From Candidatus Caldarchaeum sp. (GTDB taxonomy: Archaea; Thermoproteota; Nitrososphaeria_A; Caldarchaeales; Caldarchaeaceae), in contig JAVZZH010000004.1 of the NCBI GenBank assembly GCA_038885755.1, forward strand, positions 32,001 through 96,000: a stretch of DNA of 64,000 nucleotides. The letters run 5' to 3'. Below, piece by piece: positions 19,771 through 29,191 of this stretch (position 1 is its first letter; the number at the start of each line of letters is the position of its first letter). The notes under the pieces are model-generated. The model made no database searches. It saw only the letters and a program-made list of their open reading frames with translations, and had not been told where the DNA came from. Position numbers and translations under genes: made by a program.

Positions 19771-20078
19771 GGAGTCGTGGCTTCGACAACCCAGTCGAGG
19801 TATGTCTTGTGAACATCCGTCGGCGTGATCTCAACTATCTCAGGAACCCTGTATGGATGCTCAGCCAGAATCGTCTCTTTCAGCAGCTGAGACTTCTGCC
19901 TGCTCGTCTTGATCACCAACAACACCTCGGAGTCGACGTTTACCTTGTTATCCCACCAGTAGATGGACTCGGTTTGGACGACGTTAATGCAGGCAGCGAG
20001 CCTCCTCTCAACCAGACTCCTGCACCAACCTTCAAAATCCCCGCTCCTCGGATATGTGACTAGAAGAACGACCATCAT
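19767..20078 (-). CDS. cutA: Divalent-cation tolerance protein CutA
   Basis: LVERRLAACIN, SIYWW, HPYRVPEI and YLDWV motifs. Confidence 0.92.
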   Translation of the reverse strand: MMVVLLVTYPRSGDFEGWCRSLVERRLAACINVVQTESIYWWDNKVNVDSEVLLVIKTSRQKSQLLKETILAEHPYRVPEIVEITPTDVHKTYLDWVVEATTP

Positions 20079-20126
20079 GGTCCGTCAAAGGACGGCGTGA
20101 GATTAAAATTCTTCTAAAACACGTAA

Positions 20127-22049
20127 ATGGCGAAGATGCTACCGTATGCTCCGTGGTTAGCTTGGACGATACCGCTCGTCGGAAGCCTGTTTGTTCCTCT
20201 TGTTTTCAAGGCCGGTAAGCGTGCGGGGGAGGCTTACGCAGTAGCCGTCTCCTTCGCCGCAGCAGCCTTCAGCATATCGATGATCCCGGATGTTTACGGG
20301 TTAGGGAACAAGGGATTGGTCGTAAAAGTGCCTTGGATACCTCTGGGGAGCGACCGGTTCATAGAAGCCAGCCTGCTGTTAGACCCGTTGAGCGTAATGA
20401 TGGCCAGCATAGCCACGGGCATAGGCTCTCTAATAGTCCTCTACAGCGTAGGGTACATGAGCCGTGAAGAAGCCCTACCGAGATACTACTTCTTCATGCT
20501 GTTCTTCATCGGAGGCATGACTCTCCTCGTCCTATCCGAGAACCTCCTGATGCTATACATCGGCTGGGAGATAGTTGGTCTCTGCAGCTATGCGTTAATC
20601 GGCTTCTACAACAAACGCCCTGAAGCCAACCACGCTGGAATCAAGGCTTTCGTGACGACAAGGGTCGGAGACGCCTCCATGCTCGTCGGCATAGTCATCC
20701 TTTTCGCCATGTTCGGAACTTTCAGCTTCACCGGGCTGGAGAAAGCCATGCACAGCTCGATTGAAACAGGCGTGGTCTCCGCGTCGGGTTTGATTCTCCC
20801 TCTCCTGCTGATATTCGGCGGAGCCGTGGGCAAGTCAGCCCAGTTCCCGCTGCACGTCTGGCTGCCCGACGCCATGGAGGGCCCAACACCCGTCTCAGCC
20901 CTGATCCACGCAGCCACCATGGTGAAGGCCGGCGTCTACCTCGTTGCTAGAATGATTTTGACCGTCGTGCCGTTCGAAGCCTTCCCGCCATCCATGCTGG
21001 CTGACTGGTACCTGTCGATAGCGCTGGTCGCAGGGTTCACAAGCTTCTTTGCCGCAACGATGGGGCTTGTCTCCCCCGACATCAAGAGAGTGATAGCGTA
21101 CTCCACCATAAGCCAGCTGGCGTTGATGCTGGCCGCCCTCGGCATGGCTTCGGAGTTGGGGCTGTTCGGCGGTATTTTCCACCTCCTGAGCCACAGCATC
21201 TTCAAGGCCCTCCTCTTCCTAGCCGCCGGAGCCGTCATCCACGCCGTTCACACAAACAACCTCGACGAGATGGGAGGGCTGCGGACCAAGATGCCGATAA
21301 CCTTCTGGACCTCAGCCGTCGGCGTCCTCTCCCTAGCCGGCGTCCCGCTTTTCAGCGGTTTCTGGAGCAAAGACCTCGTCATCGAGTCTTCGCTCCAAGC
21401 CGGCAACATGCTGGTCTTCCTGCTCATCACCGGCGCATCAATCCTCACAGTCGCCTACAGCTTACGATGGCTGTACAAGGTCTTCCTCGCACCCCCAACC
21501 CATCACACGGAGCACGCCCACGAAGCACCTCCGGTGATGACCATCCCCCTCATACTACTTGCAGCAGCATCCGTCGCAGTCGGCTTAACAGGCCCATTCT
21601 TCGAGGAAGAACTCCACCACTACCTAGGCTTGCATGGGAAGTTCTCGACGAGCCTAGCTACTTACGCAGCCTCCGCAGTAATACTGGCCACAGGCGGTGT
21701 GCTTGGCTACGTCTTCTACCTCGGAAAGTTGAAGAACCCCGGAGAAGTAAGGTCTTCAGGCTTAGGGGCCAAGCTTCACACCCTGCTAATCAATAGATAC
21801 TACGTGGATGCCTTCTACTACAAGGTGTTCGTGAACGGGTTGGAGAAGACTGGAGGACTTTTGCTGAGGTTCGTAGAGCTGAAGATAATCGACGGGTTCA
21901 ACTACGCACTCACGAGGGCGACGGTTGCGTTCGTGCAGCTGTTCAGGAACATACAGACCGGTGAAAGCAACGTAAACATCAGCGGGCTACTGATAGGCAT
22001 GATTTTGCTGATAATCATCTTGCTCCGTTTCTTGTTCGGCCTCGGCTGA
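20127..22049 (+). CDS. nuoL: NADH-quinone oxidoreductase subunit L
   Basis: GKSAQFPLHVWLPDAMEGPTPVSALIHAATMV, AYSTISQL and GFWSKD motifs. Confidence 0.92.
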   Translation: MAKMLPYAPWLAWTIPLVGSLFVPLVFKAGKRAGEAYAVAVSFAAAAFSISMIPDVYGLGNKGLVVKVPWIPLGSDRFIEASLLLDPLSVMMASIATGIGSLIVLYSVGYMSREEALPRYYFFMLFFIGGMTLLVLSENLLMLYIGWEIVGLCSYALIGFYNKRPEANHAGIKAFVTTRVGDASMLVGIVILFAMFGTFSFTGLEKAMHSSIETGVVSASGLILPLLLIFGGAVGKSAQFPLHVWLPDAMEGPTPVSALIHAATMVKAGVYLVARMILTVVPFEAFPPSMLADWYLSIALVAGFTSFFAATMGLVSPDIKRVIAYSTISQLALMLAALGMASELGLFGGIFHLLSHSIFKALLFLAAGAVIHAVHTNNLDEMGGLRTKMPITFWTSAVGVLSLAGVPLFSGFWSKDLVIESSLQAGNMLVFLLITGASILTVAYSLRWLYKVFLAPPTHHTEHAHEAPPVMTIPLILLAAASVAVGLTGPFFEEELHHYLGLHGKFSTSLATYAASAVILATGGVLGYVFYLGKLKNPGEVRSSGLGAKLHTLLINRYYVDAFYYKVFVNGLEKTGGLLLRFVELKIIDGFNYALTRATVAFVQLFRNIQTGESNVNISGLLIGMILLIIILLRFLFGLG

Positions 22050-23385
22050 CAACCGAAAGCCTGAACACACACTTCCCCCCACCAGACTCCACACACTCAA
22101 CTTCCTTGCAGGCAACATTTTCATTCAGAGCAACCGCTCCAGCACCACTCACGAGATTAGAGACGACCTGTTCGCAGCCAAGGCCTCCGACTCGGCAAAA
22201 CCCGCAACCCCTCAGCTCAACAACCCATTCATCCTTGCCGGCCTTCCTGACCTTGACCCGCCCGTCGGAAGCCGTTGAAAACAACATAGCCAAAACTTTC
22301 TCCCAGCTCATGTGCCTTCCATTACTCAGCAGGCAGAACACGAAAAGCCTTGAGTAGAGCTCCTGAAGATAAGCGGCGAGACGGCTCAAATCAACCTCAA
22401 CACCTGCACGCTGTTTCAGGAAGCGGCTCAAGTCGTTCAAGGTCTCCACCGACTCCTGCAAGGAGAAAAACCTCAGTCTCCTGCCAGCCTTAGCCCAAAC
22501 AAAGTCGATGGCTGAATCATCACCAGCCGGTCTCTCTAGCTTCAGCAAACCCTCGTCAACCCATGAGGCTATCTTCCACATGACGTTGTCCACCATGTCG
22601 GGAAAAACCCTCTTAACCCAAGAGACTCTTAAACCATCAACCGCCTTCGCCAGAAAATAATCGCTGATTACCTCCAGCTCCGTCGGGTCTCTCTTCAGAG
22701 CTATCATCAAATCGTTCTCAGCCTCGATTCTCTCCTGGAGAGCTCTGGCTGAATTACTTGCATCAGGAACTTTCTTCGGAGCGTTTATGACAACGTCGCC
22801 GTTGACCAAGGAGTATTTTATTGGCTTCAGGTGGTATTCTTCCCTCGCTATCCGGATTGGTGTGAAGTATTTCTGAAGAGTGTTCCCCTCCCTTGAAACA
22901 GACAGGTCAATGGCCCCGTCGACGACGGCCATGAGCTTTCTCTCGAAAACCTCGAAGGTGTTTCTGGGCAGCAGCAAAAACTCTACATGGTTGTGTTTCT
23001 TCACCTCCGCCTGCCAGAAATTCAAGAGCTTTAAGACCTGCTCGGAGTCATACCTGACGAGGAGCTCGGGCAGGTAGGAGTGAACGATTATGCGTGGCGG
23101 GAGCTGTCTTCTCAGGGTGTTTATAGTGATCGAGAGCTCTTGAAGGTTGTCAAGGCTTACCGCCAGCCTCTCGACATCGCCTGACAAAGTCTGGCGGGGT
23201 GAGACCAGCTCGAGCAAGCTCCGCCTGTCAAAAAGCCTTAAGAGAAACTCCCTCGACTCGCTGAAGGTCTCATCCCGCACAAGAACGGTCTGTCCCGCGG
23301 TAATCCTCACTACTTCGTCGAAGAAAGGGTTTCTCGAGCGTTGTTGAGGAGGCTGTTCAGCTGCCTCGTTGCCTGTCTCACCCAT
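22015..23385 (-). CDS. Probable inactive KaiC/RecA-like domain fused to a C-terminal V4R domain
   Basis: N-terminal VDGAIDLS segment without a Walker A motif; C-terminal CGFC..C..G..EVEC..GGGKCVF V4R pattern. Confidence 0.6.
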   Translation of the reverse strand: MGETGNEAAEQPPQQRSRNPFFDEVVRITAGQTVLVRDETFSESREFLLRLFDRRSLLELVSPRQTLSGDVERLAVSLDNLQELSITINTLRRQLPPRIIVHSYLPELLVRYDSEQVLKLLNFWQAEVKKHNHVEFLLLPRNTFEVFERKLMAVVDGAIDLSVSREGNTLQKYFTPIRIAREEYHLKPIKYSLVNGDVVINAPKKVPDASNSARALQERIEAENDLMIALKRDPTELEVISDYFLAKAVDGLRVSWVKRVFPDMVDNVMWKIASWVDEGLLKLERPAGDDSAIDFVWAKAGRRLRFFSLQESVETLNDLSRFLKQRAGVEVDLSRLAAYLQELYSRLFVFCLLSNGRHMSWEKVLAMLFSTASDGRVKVRKAGKDEWVVELRGCGFCRVGGLGCEQVVSNLVSGAGAVALNENVACKEVECVESGGGKCVFRLSVVSRGRTRNGAR

Positions 23386-23554
23386 TTTGATGTTTTATAT
23401 GACGTAATCGTATAAAAGGTTTCTTGATGCTGTTCAAGCATGTGCATTCATGGCCTCTTTCGGCCTCAGTATTTAAACAAAGGAAAGGTTTAAGTAGTAT
23501 TATGGGCAATCAAAACAAAAAACTTTTCTTCAACCGTGAAACCTAAGAAACGAA

Positions 23555-23704
23555 ATGATAGGAATCATAAACGAAGTAAGAACCTTGGCGACGATCCGGC
23601 CGTCGAAATACACGCTGATAGCCTTGGCGGTCCTCGGCACGGTCCTGGCCCTACAGCTCATCCTAGGAGTTCATGCAGGCAGGCCGATAGATTCGTCCCA
23701 CTAG
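23555..23704 (+). CDS. Small 49-aa signal-peptide-like or membrane peptide (absent from the ORF track)
   Basis: MIGIINEVRTLATIRPSKYTLIALAVLGTVLALQLILGVHAGRPIDSSH; AT-rich promoter-like region upstream and T-tract downstream. Confidence 0.55.
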   Translation: MIGIINEVRTLATIRPSKYTLIALAVLGTVLALQLILGVHAGRPIDSSH

Positions 23705-23711
23705 ACCAACT

Positions 23712-23742
23712 ATCTCTTCTTTTTTATCCCCCATCCCTTTTT
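23712..23742 (+). terminator. Pyrimidine/T-tract, probable archaeal terminator
   Basis: TCTCTTCTTTTTTAT...CCCTTTTT directly after the small ORF, between convergent genes. Confidence 0.4.
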
Positions 23743-24742
23743 ATGTCGTTTTGATGAGGTTTTCCAGCTGCTCTAAGTAGGGTTTGATGCTGGCCCATCC
23801 CTTCTCTCCGTAATGCTCGGTTGGTATTGTGAATGTGAAAACCTCATCAGGAAATATCGGGTATGAAGGTTGGCTGACCTCAAGCTCGGCGTGGACGGGC
23901 ACGTGCAGCCTCGTGATCGTTCCTTGCTTCTTCATCCATACTGCGTGCAGATAGTCCTCAAACCCCTCAACCCCTCGTTCGACGGAGTTCACCAGAACAT
24001 ACCGGACGTTGTCAAACTTCGTCCTCCGAGTAGGCAGGTATCCCGTGATGAGCCGCCCCCCCTCGATGTGCCTCTCCCTGTGGTAGCTGACCAGTTGAGG
24101 AGATATTCCATGCATCTCCGATATCCTATTCATCTTCCTCGTTGGCTCGAGCTCAAGCTCCTCGATTATCAAAAGGTCCGTCTTGTCGAATTTAACCCGT
24201 CGTCTGTTCATCGACAACGGGATTCTCGGAATCTCTACCTCGACTTTTCTGCTCCAAGAGTCCAGCTTGAAGTCGTAGAGCTTGACCCATTCAGGCTTGT
24301 AGTATCCATCCACCACCTCGTCGTAGGCGTAGTTTTCAAGAACATCCGCGTCTTGAAGCGTTTGAAGAATTTTTCGATAGTTTTGGCTTTCCTCTGAAGG
24401 GGGAACAACCTCAAGAAAGTATTCACGTTGTTTGACTAGGGTAGCTCTGTAAACCACGTACAGACCTTCAAGCCATTTTAGGAAGTTCACTTGCTTAGAA
24501 AGATTTAGCCGGTTGCTGAAACGTATGAAAGCTATGTGCGGCGAAAGCCCTAACGCGCTGTAGTCTACAACGGGATGGAACCTGAAGCCGGATTCGTGGA
24601 ACTTGTTCAAATAGTATCGACATGTCTCGACGGGCATGTCGAGCTCGTAGGCTATTCTTGGTATCCGTGTTGGGCCGTAGGTCATGGCCGCTGCTATGAC
24701 GGATGTGAAAGCCCACCGTGGAGGGGCTGATGACAGTTTCAT
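23741..24742 (-). CDS. Tandem Lrp/AsnC-like HTH regulator
   Basis: Two HTH-like units (RIAYELDMPVETCRYY and FDKTDLLII...ISPQLVSYH) and a VDYSALGL linker. Confidence 0.65.
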   Translation of the reverse strand: MKLSSAPPRWAFTSVIAAAMTYGPTRIPRIAYELDMPVETCRYYLNKFHESGFRFHPVVDYSALGLSPHIAFIRFSNRLNLSKQVNFLKWLEGLYVVYRATLVKQREYFLEVVPPSEESQNYRKILQTLQDADVLENYAYDEVVDGYYKPEWVKLYDFKLDSWSRKVEVEIPRIPLSMNRRRVKFDKTDLLIIEELELEPTRKMNRISEMHGISPQLVSYHRERHIEGGRLITGYLPTRRTKFDNVRYVLVNSVERGVEGFEDYLHAVWMKKQGTITRLHVPVHAELEVSQPSYPIFPDEVFTFTIPTEHYGEKGWASIKPYLEQLENLIKTT

Positions 24743-24847
24743 GAATTAAGTAACATGGTTTAACTGTATTTATGTTTTCTCAAAACTTTTTAACGGATCA
24801 TGCGGGCCGACGAATCATTATATTGTCGTTTTTAAAGGCCAGATACG

Positions 24848-26338
24848 ATGCTGCCGGGAGAAGCACTAGACATTCCTCTGCTGTCGCTCGCTGTAATCCT
24901 TCCGCTCGTCATGACGCCTGCGACGTTTCTGGCTGGGCGTGTCGGCTCATGGAGGGCCGCTTCGGTTTTGTGCAACTCTGTCCTCTTAGTTCCTCTGCTG
25001 GTACTGCTGTACTTAACCCCCCGAGTCTTCCAAGGAGCTGTCTTCCACGAGGAGTATCAGTGGGTGCCTGCCCTCGGGCTGACCGTCGGCTTCGTCCTCG
25101 ACAGCCTAAGCTATCCATTCGCAGTCCTCATATCTCTTGTAGGCTTTCTGGCGGGCGTCTACTCAACAAAGTACATGGAGAGGGAGCACGACCTCACCTC
25201 CTACTTCACTCTACTCCTGCTTTTCGTAGGCGGTATGGTTGGAGTCGTGCTGGTGACAAACCTGTTCCTTTTCTACGTTTTCTGGGAGCTGATGCTGATA
25301 CCTTCATATGCCCTGATAGCTTACTGGGGGACTGGAAACCCTAGGCTCATAGGCTTCAAGTATTTCATATTCACTCACGCCGGGGCATTGACCATGCTGG
25401 TGGGGATCGCGTGGCTTGCAGCTCTCTTCGGCAACATGAACATATTCGAGCTCAGCAGCCTCGCGGGCGAGCAGCCCGCATCGCTCAGACCTGTCCTAAC
25501 CACGATAGCGTTGTTGATATTCGTGGGGGCCGCCGTCAAGATGGCAGTATTCCCCTTCCACACATGGCTTCCAGACGCCCACGCGGAAGCGCCGACGCCC
25601 ATCAGCGTCCTGCTTAGCGGAGTGATGATTAAGACAGGAGTCTACGCCATGGCAAGGCTTTTGCTAGGAGTGCTTCCGTTCACAGTCGCCGACCTCCAGA
25701 TACCCATAGCCGGGCTGGCGGTCGTCAGCATGATTTGGGGAGGTGTGATGGCTCTCGTCCAGACGGACGTCAAAAGGCTTCTGGCTTACAGCAGCATCAG
25801 CCAAGTCGGCTACATAGTCTTCGGCCTAGCGTCTGGCAGTACCGCAGGAATCCAAGGAGGTTTGTTCCACGTTCTCAACCACGGTTTCGCGAAAAGCCTC
25901 CTCTTCATGGGGGCGGGTGTCCTCATACATGAGCTGGGCGAGAGGGACATCCGGAGGCTGGGTGGACTGGCTTCCCAGATGCCGATTACTGCGATGGCGA
26001 TGCTTCTGGGAGGGCTTTCCATCGCCGGCACGCCGCCGCTGGGCGGGTTCATGAGCGAGTGGATGATCTTCTCCGGGGGAGTCGAGGCGGGCTGGACATG
26101 GCTCGTGGCTGTCGCGGTCTTCGCTACTGCCATCACAGCGGGATACTATTTGCGAATGTTCAGGGCGGTTTTCTTCGGCGAGCGCGTGGCAAAGGCGACT
26201 GACCCTGGACCGACCATGCTAGGCTCCATGACCCCCTTGATAGTTCTAGTCGTCGTTCTGGGTTTCTACGCAACGTCGCTCATCTCGGTTATTGGGACGT
26301 CGGCGTCGGAGCTATCACTTTCCATCTTGGGAAGCTAG
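24848..26338 (+). CDS. nuoM: NADH-quinone oxidoreductase subunit M
   Basis: FYVFWELMLIP, VKMAVFPFHTWLPDAHAEAPTPIS, AYSSISQ and HGFAKS motifs. Confidence 0.88.
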   Translation: MLPGEALDIPLLSLAVILPLVMTPATFLAGRVGSWRAASVLCNSVLLVPLLVLLYLTPRVFQGAVFHEEYQWVPALGLTVGFVLDSLSYPFAVLISLVGFLAGVYSTKYMEREHDLTSYFTLLLLFVGGMVGVVLVTNLFLFYVFWELMLIPSYALIAYWGTGNPRLIGFKYFIFTHAGALTMLVGIAWLAALFGNMNIFELSSLAGEQPASLRPVLTTIALLIFVGAAVKMAVFPFHTWLPDAHAEAPTPISVLLSGVMIKTGVYAMARLLLGVLPFTVADLQIPIAGLAVVSMIWGGVMALVQTDVKRLLAYSSISQVGYIVFGLASGSTAGIQGGLFHVLNHGFAKSLLFMGAGVLIHELGERDIRRLGGLASQMPITAMAMLLGGLSIAGTPPLGGFMSEWMIFSGGVEAGWTWLVAVAVFATAITAGYYLRMFRAVFFGERVAKATDPGPTMLGSMTPLIVLVVVLGFYATSLISVIGTSASELSLSILGS

Positions 26339-27082
26339 TTTTTCCAGCACTTCCCTTACTTTTGAAGCAAGCTCGACTGCCAGAACGTCTCTCGTCTCCG
26401 GCTTGGCCACCAACACGTCTAGCTCGGCCTCGACTTGGGAGGGGCCTCTGCTTTTGACGCTGAATATGGGTGGAAAACGCTGGTCTAGATGAGCTTTGTA
26501 TTTGTAGGCCGCCTTCAGCACCTCTGCCTCTGTTTTTGGGAGGCTTAACTTGGCGGGCACCAGCACGGGAATGGTGATACGCTGTGAGGCCAGCGACGTC
26601 CTGTTGGTGGAGACTCTTTTGATGAACATGGAGTTTGGAACAGTTATCACAGACCCGTCGCCGCTGAGCAGCACCGTGGCCACTTGGTTGATCTCTATCA
26701 CCTTGCCTCTAAACCCTGCTACTTCTACGTCGTCGCCCTTCTTGACAGGTATGTATGTTCCGATAAAATATCTAGAGACGAAGCTCGTCAAAAGGTCTCT
26801 TGTAGCGACTACAACAGCTATTCCAGCCAAAGCCATCAGCAGAAGAAGTATGTCGAGGTTGAGCCCAAGCTGGTTTACTGCGAGCAGGATTCCTACCAGC
26901 CACACAGAGATGGAGATCCAGTGAATCGTCTGGTCAACAGCCAAGGGTGGAGCTGCTTTCAACGTCCTACGCAGTATCGTGCCCAGCAAGCGTACGATGA
27001 TGAACACCACCAGCAATATGCCTGCTACTACGGCTAGCTTAGTGATAATAACCGTGAGGTCCATCGTTTCGAGAAAGTTCAT
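26315..27082 (-). CDS. mscS: Small-conductance mechanosensitive channel
   Basis: Three TM segments followed by KKGDDVEV-G-GKVIEI and ITVPNS. Confidence 0.82.
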   Translation of the reverse strand: MNFLETMDLTVIITKLAVVAGILLVVFIIVRLLGTILRRTLKAAPPLAVDQTIHWISISVWLVGILLAVNQLGLNLDILLLLMALAGIAVVVATRDLLTSFVSRYFIGTYIPVKKGDDVEVAGFRGKVIEINQVATVLLSGDGSVITVPNSMFIKRVSTNRTSLASQRITIPVLVPAKLSLPKTEAEVLKAAYKYKAHLDQRFPPIFSVKSRGPSQVEAELDVLVAKPETRDVLAVELASKVREVLEKLASQDGK

Positions 27083-28444
27083 TCACTCACCCCCTTGAAG
27101 AATAATTCTCAGCACGTCCATCTCCTCCCTCAAGCCACGCTCTATGCTGCACAACGCAACGGCCTCACCTGCCTTCGCACCCATCTCCAGCCTTGTCTTT
27201 TCATCGTTCAACAATTTGACCATCGCCTCCTCCACCTGCTCAAGGTTGTCAGGGTTGACGAGGAGCCCTGTTGACCCGTGCTCAACCAGCTCCGCTATCC
27301 CAGCGTGAACGCTCACGATTGACGGCTTCCTGTAGAGCCAGCTTTCAGCCACAACAAGCCCGAACCCCTCAGCCCTAGAAGGCAGAATCGTCAAATCACA
27401 TCTCTCGTAAACGCAGCCCAGCTCCTCTCGGCTTACATGCCCCGTGAAGACAACGTTTTCGGAGACCCCAAGCTTTTCCACCAGCTCGTTAAGCTCCTGC
27501 CTCCATTGGTCAGCCTTCGACAAGCCGAGGCCCTGCCTTGAGCTTGAGAAACTTCCGTTCCCCACAATCAGAAGCTTGACATTCGGTATGCGTCTAACCA
27601 CTCTGGCAAGCGCTTTCACAGCCACGTCATGTCCCTTCAAGGGGTCGAGCCTAGCTACAAGCGCGACAACAAGGTCGTCTTCTTTTATCGAGAACCTGTC
27701 GCAAAAATCGGAGACTTTCTGACGGCTTGGCACTACGTACTCCTCGAAGTCTATGTAGGGGTACACGTGAAAGACTTTCCCACCGTAGCCTATTTTCTCA
27801 AGAGACTTGAGGTAGGTTTTACAGCTGACGATGACAGCGTCGTATGCGTCGAAGTATTTCTTGAGAAATGGAGCCCATTTCGGGGATATTACTCTCTCGT
27901 CGAAAGGTATGTGCCAGCGGAAGACTTTTGGCTTTAGGGTTTCCAGCATGGAGCCCGTGGGAAGCTGCTGGAAATCATGTATGTAGAACAGGTCGAAGTC
28001 ATGCTGGTTGTCAAGCTTCATCAACGTTTCGCTGCAAACCCTGTTGTAGAGATTGTAGTACGCGTAGTCTTCATACCATGCAACGTCAACCAGAGACCTC
28101 GGCTCATCCTTCTGGACGCCGTGAAAAATCCTCCAGAGAAGCTCTTTGACGACGCCGTAGCTCTTGAGATGAGACTCCTCCACCCTAACGTTCCACAGCT
28201 CAATCCCGTTTATCCTGATTCTCTCAGGGCCTCTTGGGTTGAGGGAAACCCAGCAGGCTTCCTCTAACACCCCGTTCCTAAACATCCGCAAGAGAAGAGG
28301 ATAAACCATCCTCGTCACCCCGCCCGGGGAGAAGACATATTCGACGCTCTCCTTCATCACAGAAACGTCTAAGATGTTCTGCGAGACAGGTGTGTCCCCG
28401 ACCAGACGGATGAGAGGGGTCTGCGTGCAGACGGCTAACCGCAT
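27083..28444 (-). CDS. GT4 glycosyltransferase (trehalose synthase TreT-like)
   Basis: SPGGV, YIHDFQQ, RWHIP, ARLDPLKG and EGFGLVVAES motifs. Confidence 0.8.
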   Translation of the reverse strand: MRLAVCTQTPLIRLVGDTPVSQNILDVSVMKESVEYVFSPGGVTRMVYPLLLRMFRNGVLEEACWVSLNPRGPERIRINGIELWNVRVEESHLKSYGVVKELLWRIFHGVQKDEPRSLVDVAWYEDYAYYNLYNRVCSETLMKLDNQHDFDLFYIHDFQQLPTGSMLETLKPKVFRWHIPFDERVISPKWAPFLKKYFDAYDAVIVSCKTYLKSLEKIGYGGKVFHVYPYIDFEEYVVPSRQKVSDFCDRFSIKEDDLVVALVARLDPLKGHDVAVKALARVVRRIPNVKLLIVGNGSFSSSRQGLGLSKADQWRQELNELVEKLGVSENVVFTGHVSREELGCVYERCDLTILPSRAEGFGLVVAESWLYRKPSIVSVHAGIAELVEHGSTGLLVNPDNLEQVEEAMVKLLNDEKTRLEMGAKAGEAVALCSIERGLREEMDVLRIILQGGE

Positions 28445-28478
28445 TATGCCATAGTTTCGTGCATGAGGTATAAATGTG

Positions 28479-29165
28479 TTAGTGAGGGGCGGCGGTTTTT
28501 CTCTGTAGTTTAGAGGTTTCGATTTTTTCCGAAAGCTCTGGAAAGTTCTCTCTGAGGTACAGCCTTACGAGGTAAAGCGCTGCTGCAAGCCCTAAAACAC
28601 CCAACGCCAGCATGGACCAGCGTGGGTAGAAGAGAGACTCGGTAAGGAACATCGATATGGCGACCCAGAGAGCAGGAGACAGGAGGAAGAACAGGGCAAC
28701 CACTGCCTTGGTGATCATCATCTTGTCGGCGAGCAAACGAGCTATGGACGAGGATAAGCCGTCTGAAAACTCGAGCTGAGCCACCAAGTCGGGCGACAAG
28801 TTGTAGAACACTTTACCGACACTCTCGAAAAGCTGCGGGTTCGTCGCAGCGAAGAAGTCGGGTCGCAGCCAGGCCTTCCTAACACCCTCCTTAGTGGATA
28901 GGTATACGTTGTCTCCCTCAACCATCATCAACAATCCCCGCCTCTTGGCGAACTTCTCAACCCTCTCAATCACTTCTTTATTCAGTTGAAGCACCGGGTT
29001 TTTGAAAGCCATGCCCAGCAACGGCGGGTCGGAGGGTATATACTTGTTGACGACGAACACGCCGTCCCTGAATTCAGGCATCTTCTCCTGAATCAAGGCC
29101 TCGGGAGTGTTCTTACCAAGCTGCTCCTCAACGTGTTTGTATGCCTTGACGAACGCCTCCGACAT
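28479..29165 (-). CDS. Hypothetical membrane protein
   Basis: 228-aa ORF with two C-terminal TM segments. Confidence 0.6.
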   Translation of the reverse strand: MSEAFVKAYKHVEEQLGKNTPEALIQEKMPEFRDGVFVVNKYIPSDPPLLGMAFKNPVLQLNKEVIERVEKFAKRRGLLMMVEGDNVYLSTKEGVRKAWLRPDFFAATNPQLFESVGKVFYNLSPDLVAQLEFSDGLSSSIARLLADKMMITKAVVALFFLLSPALWVAISMFLTESLFYPRWSMLALGVLGLAAALYLVRLYLRENFPELSEKIETSKLQRKTAAPH

Positions 29166-29191
29166 ACTTTGTTAGACATCCCTACGTCTAT

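Noticed and set aside
23536-23754. 72-aa ORF-track ORF MKPKKRNDRN...
   Set aside because: It looks like an alternative-frame shadow; the 23555-23704 frame gives a coherent signal-peptide-like product.
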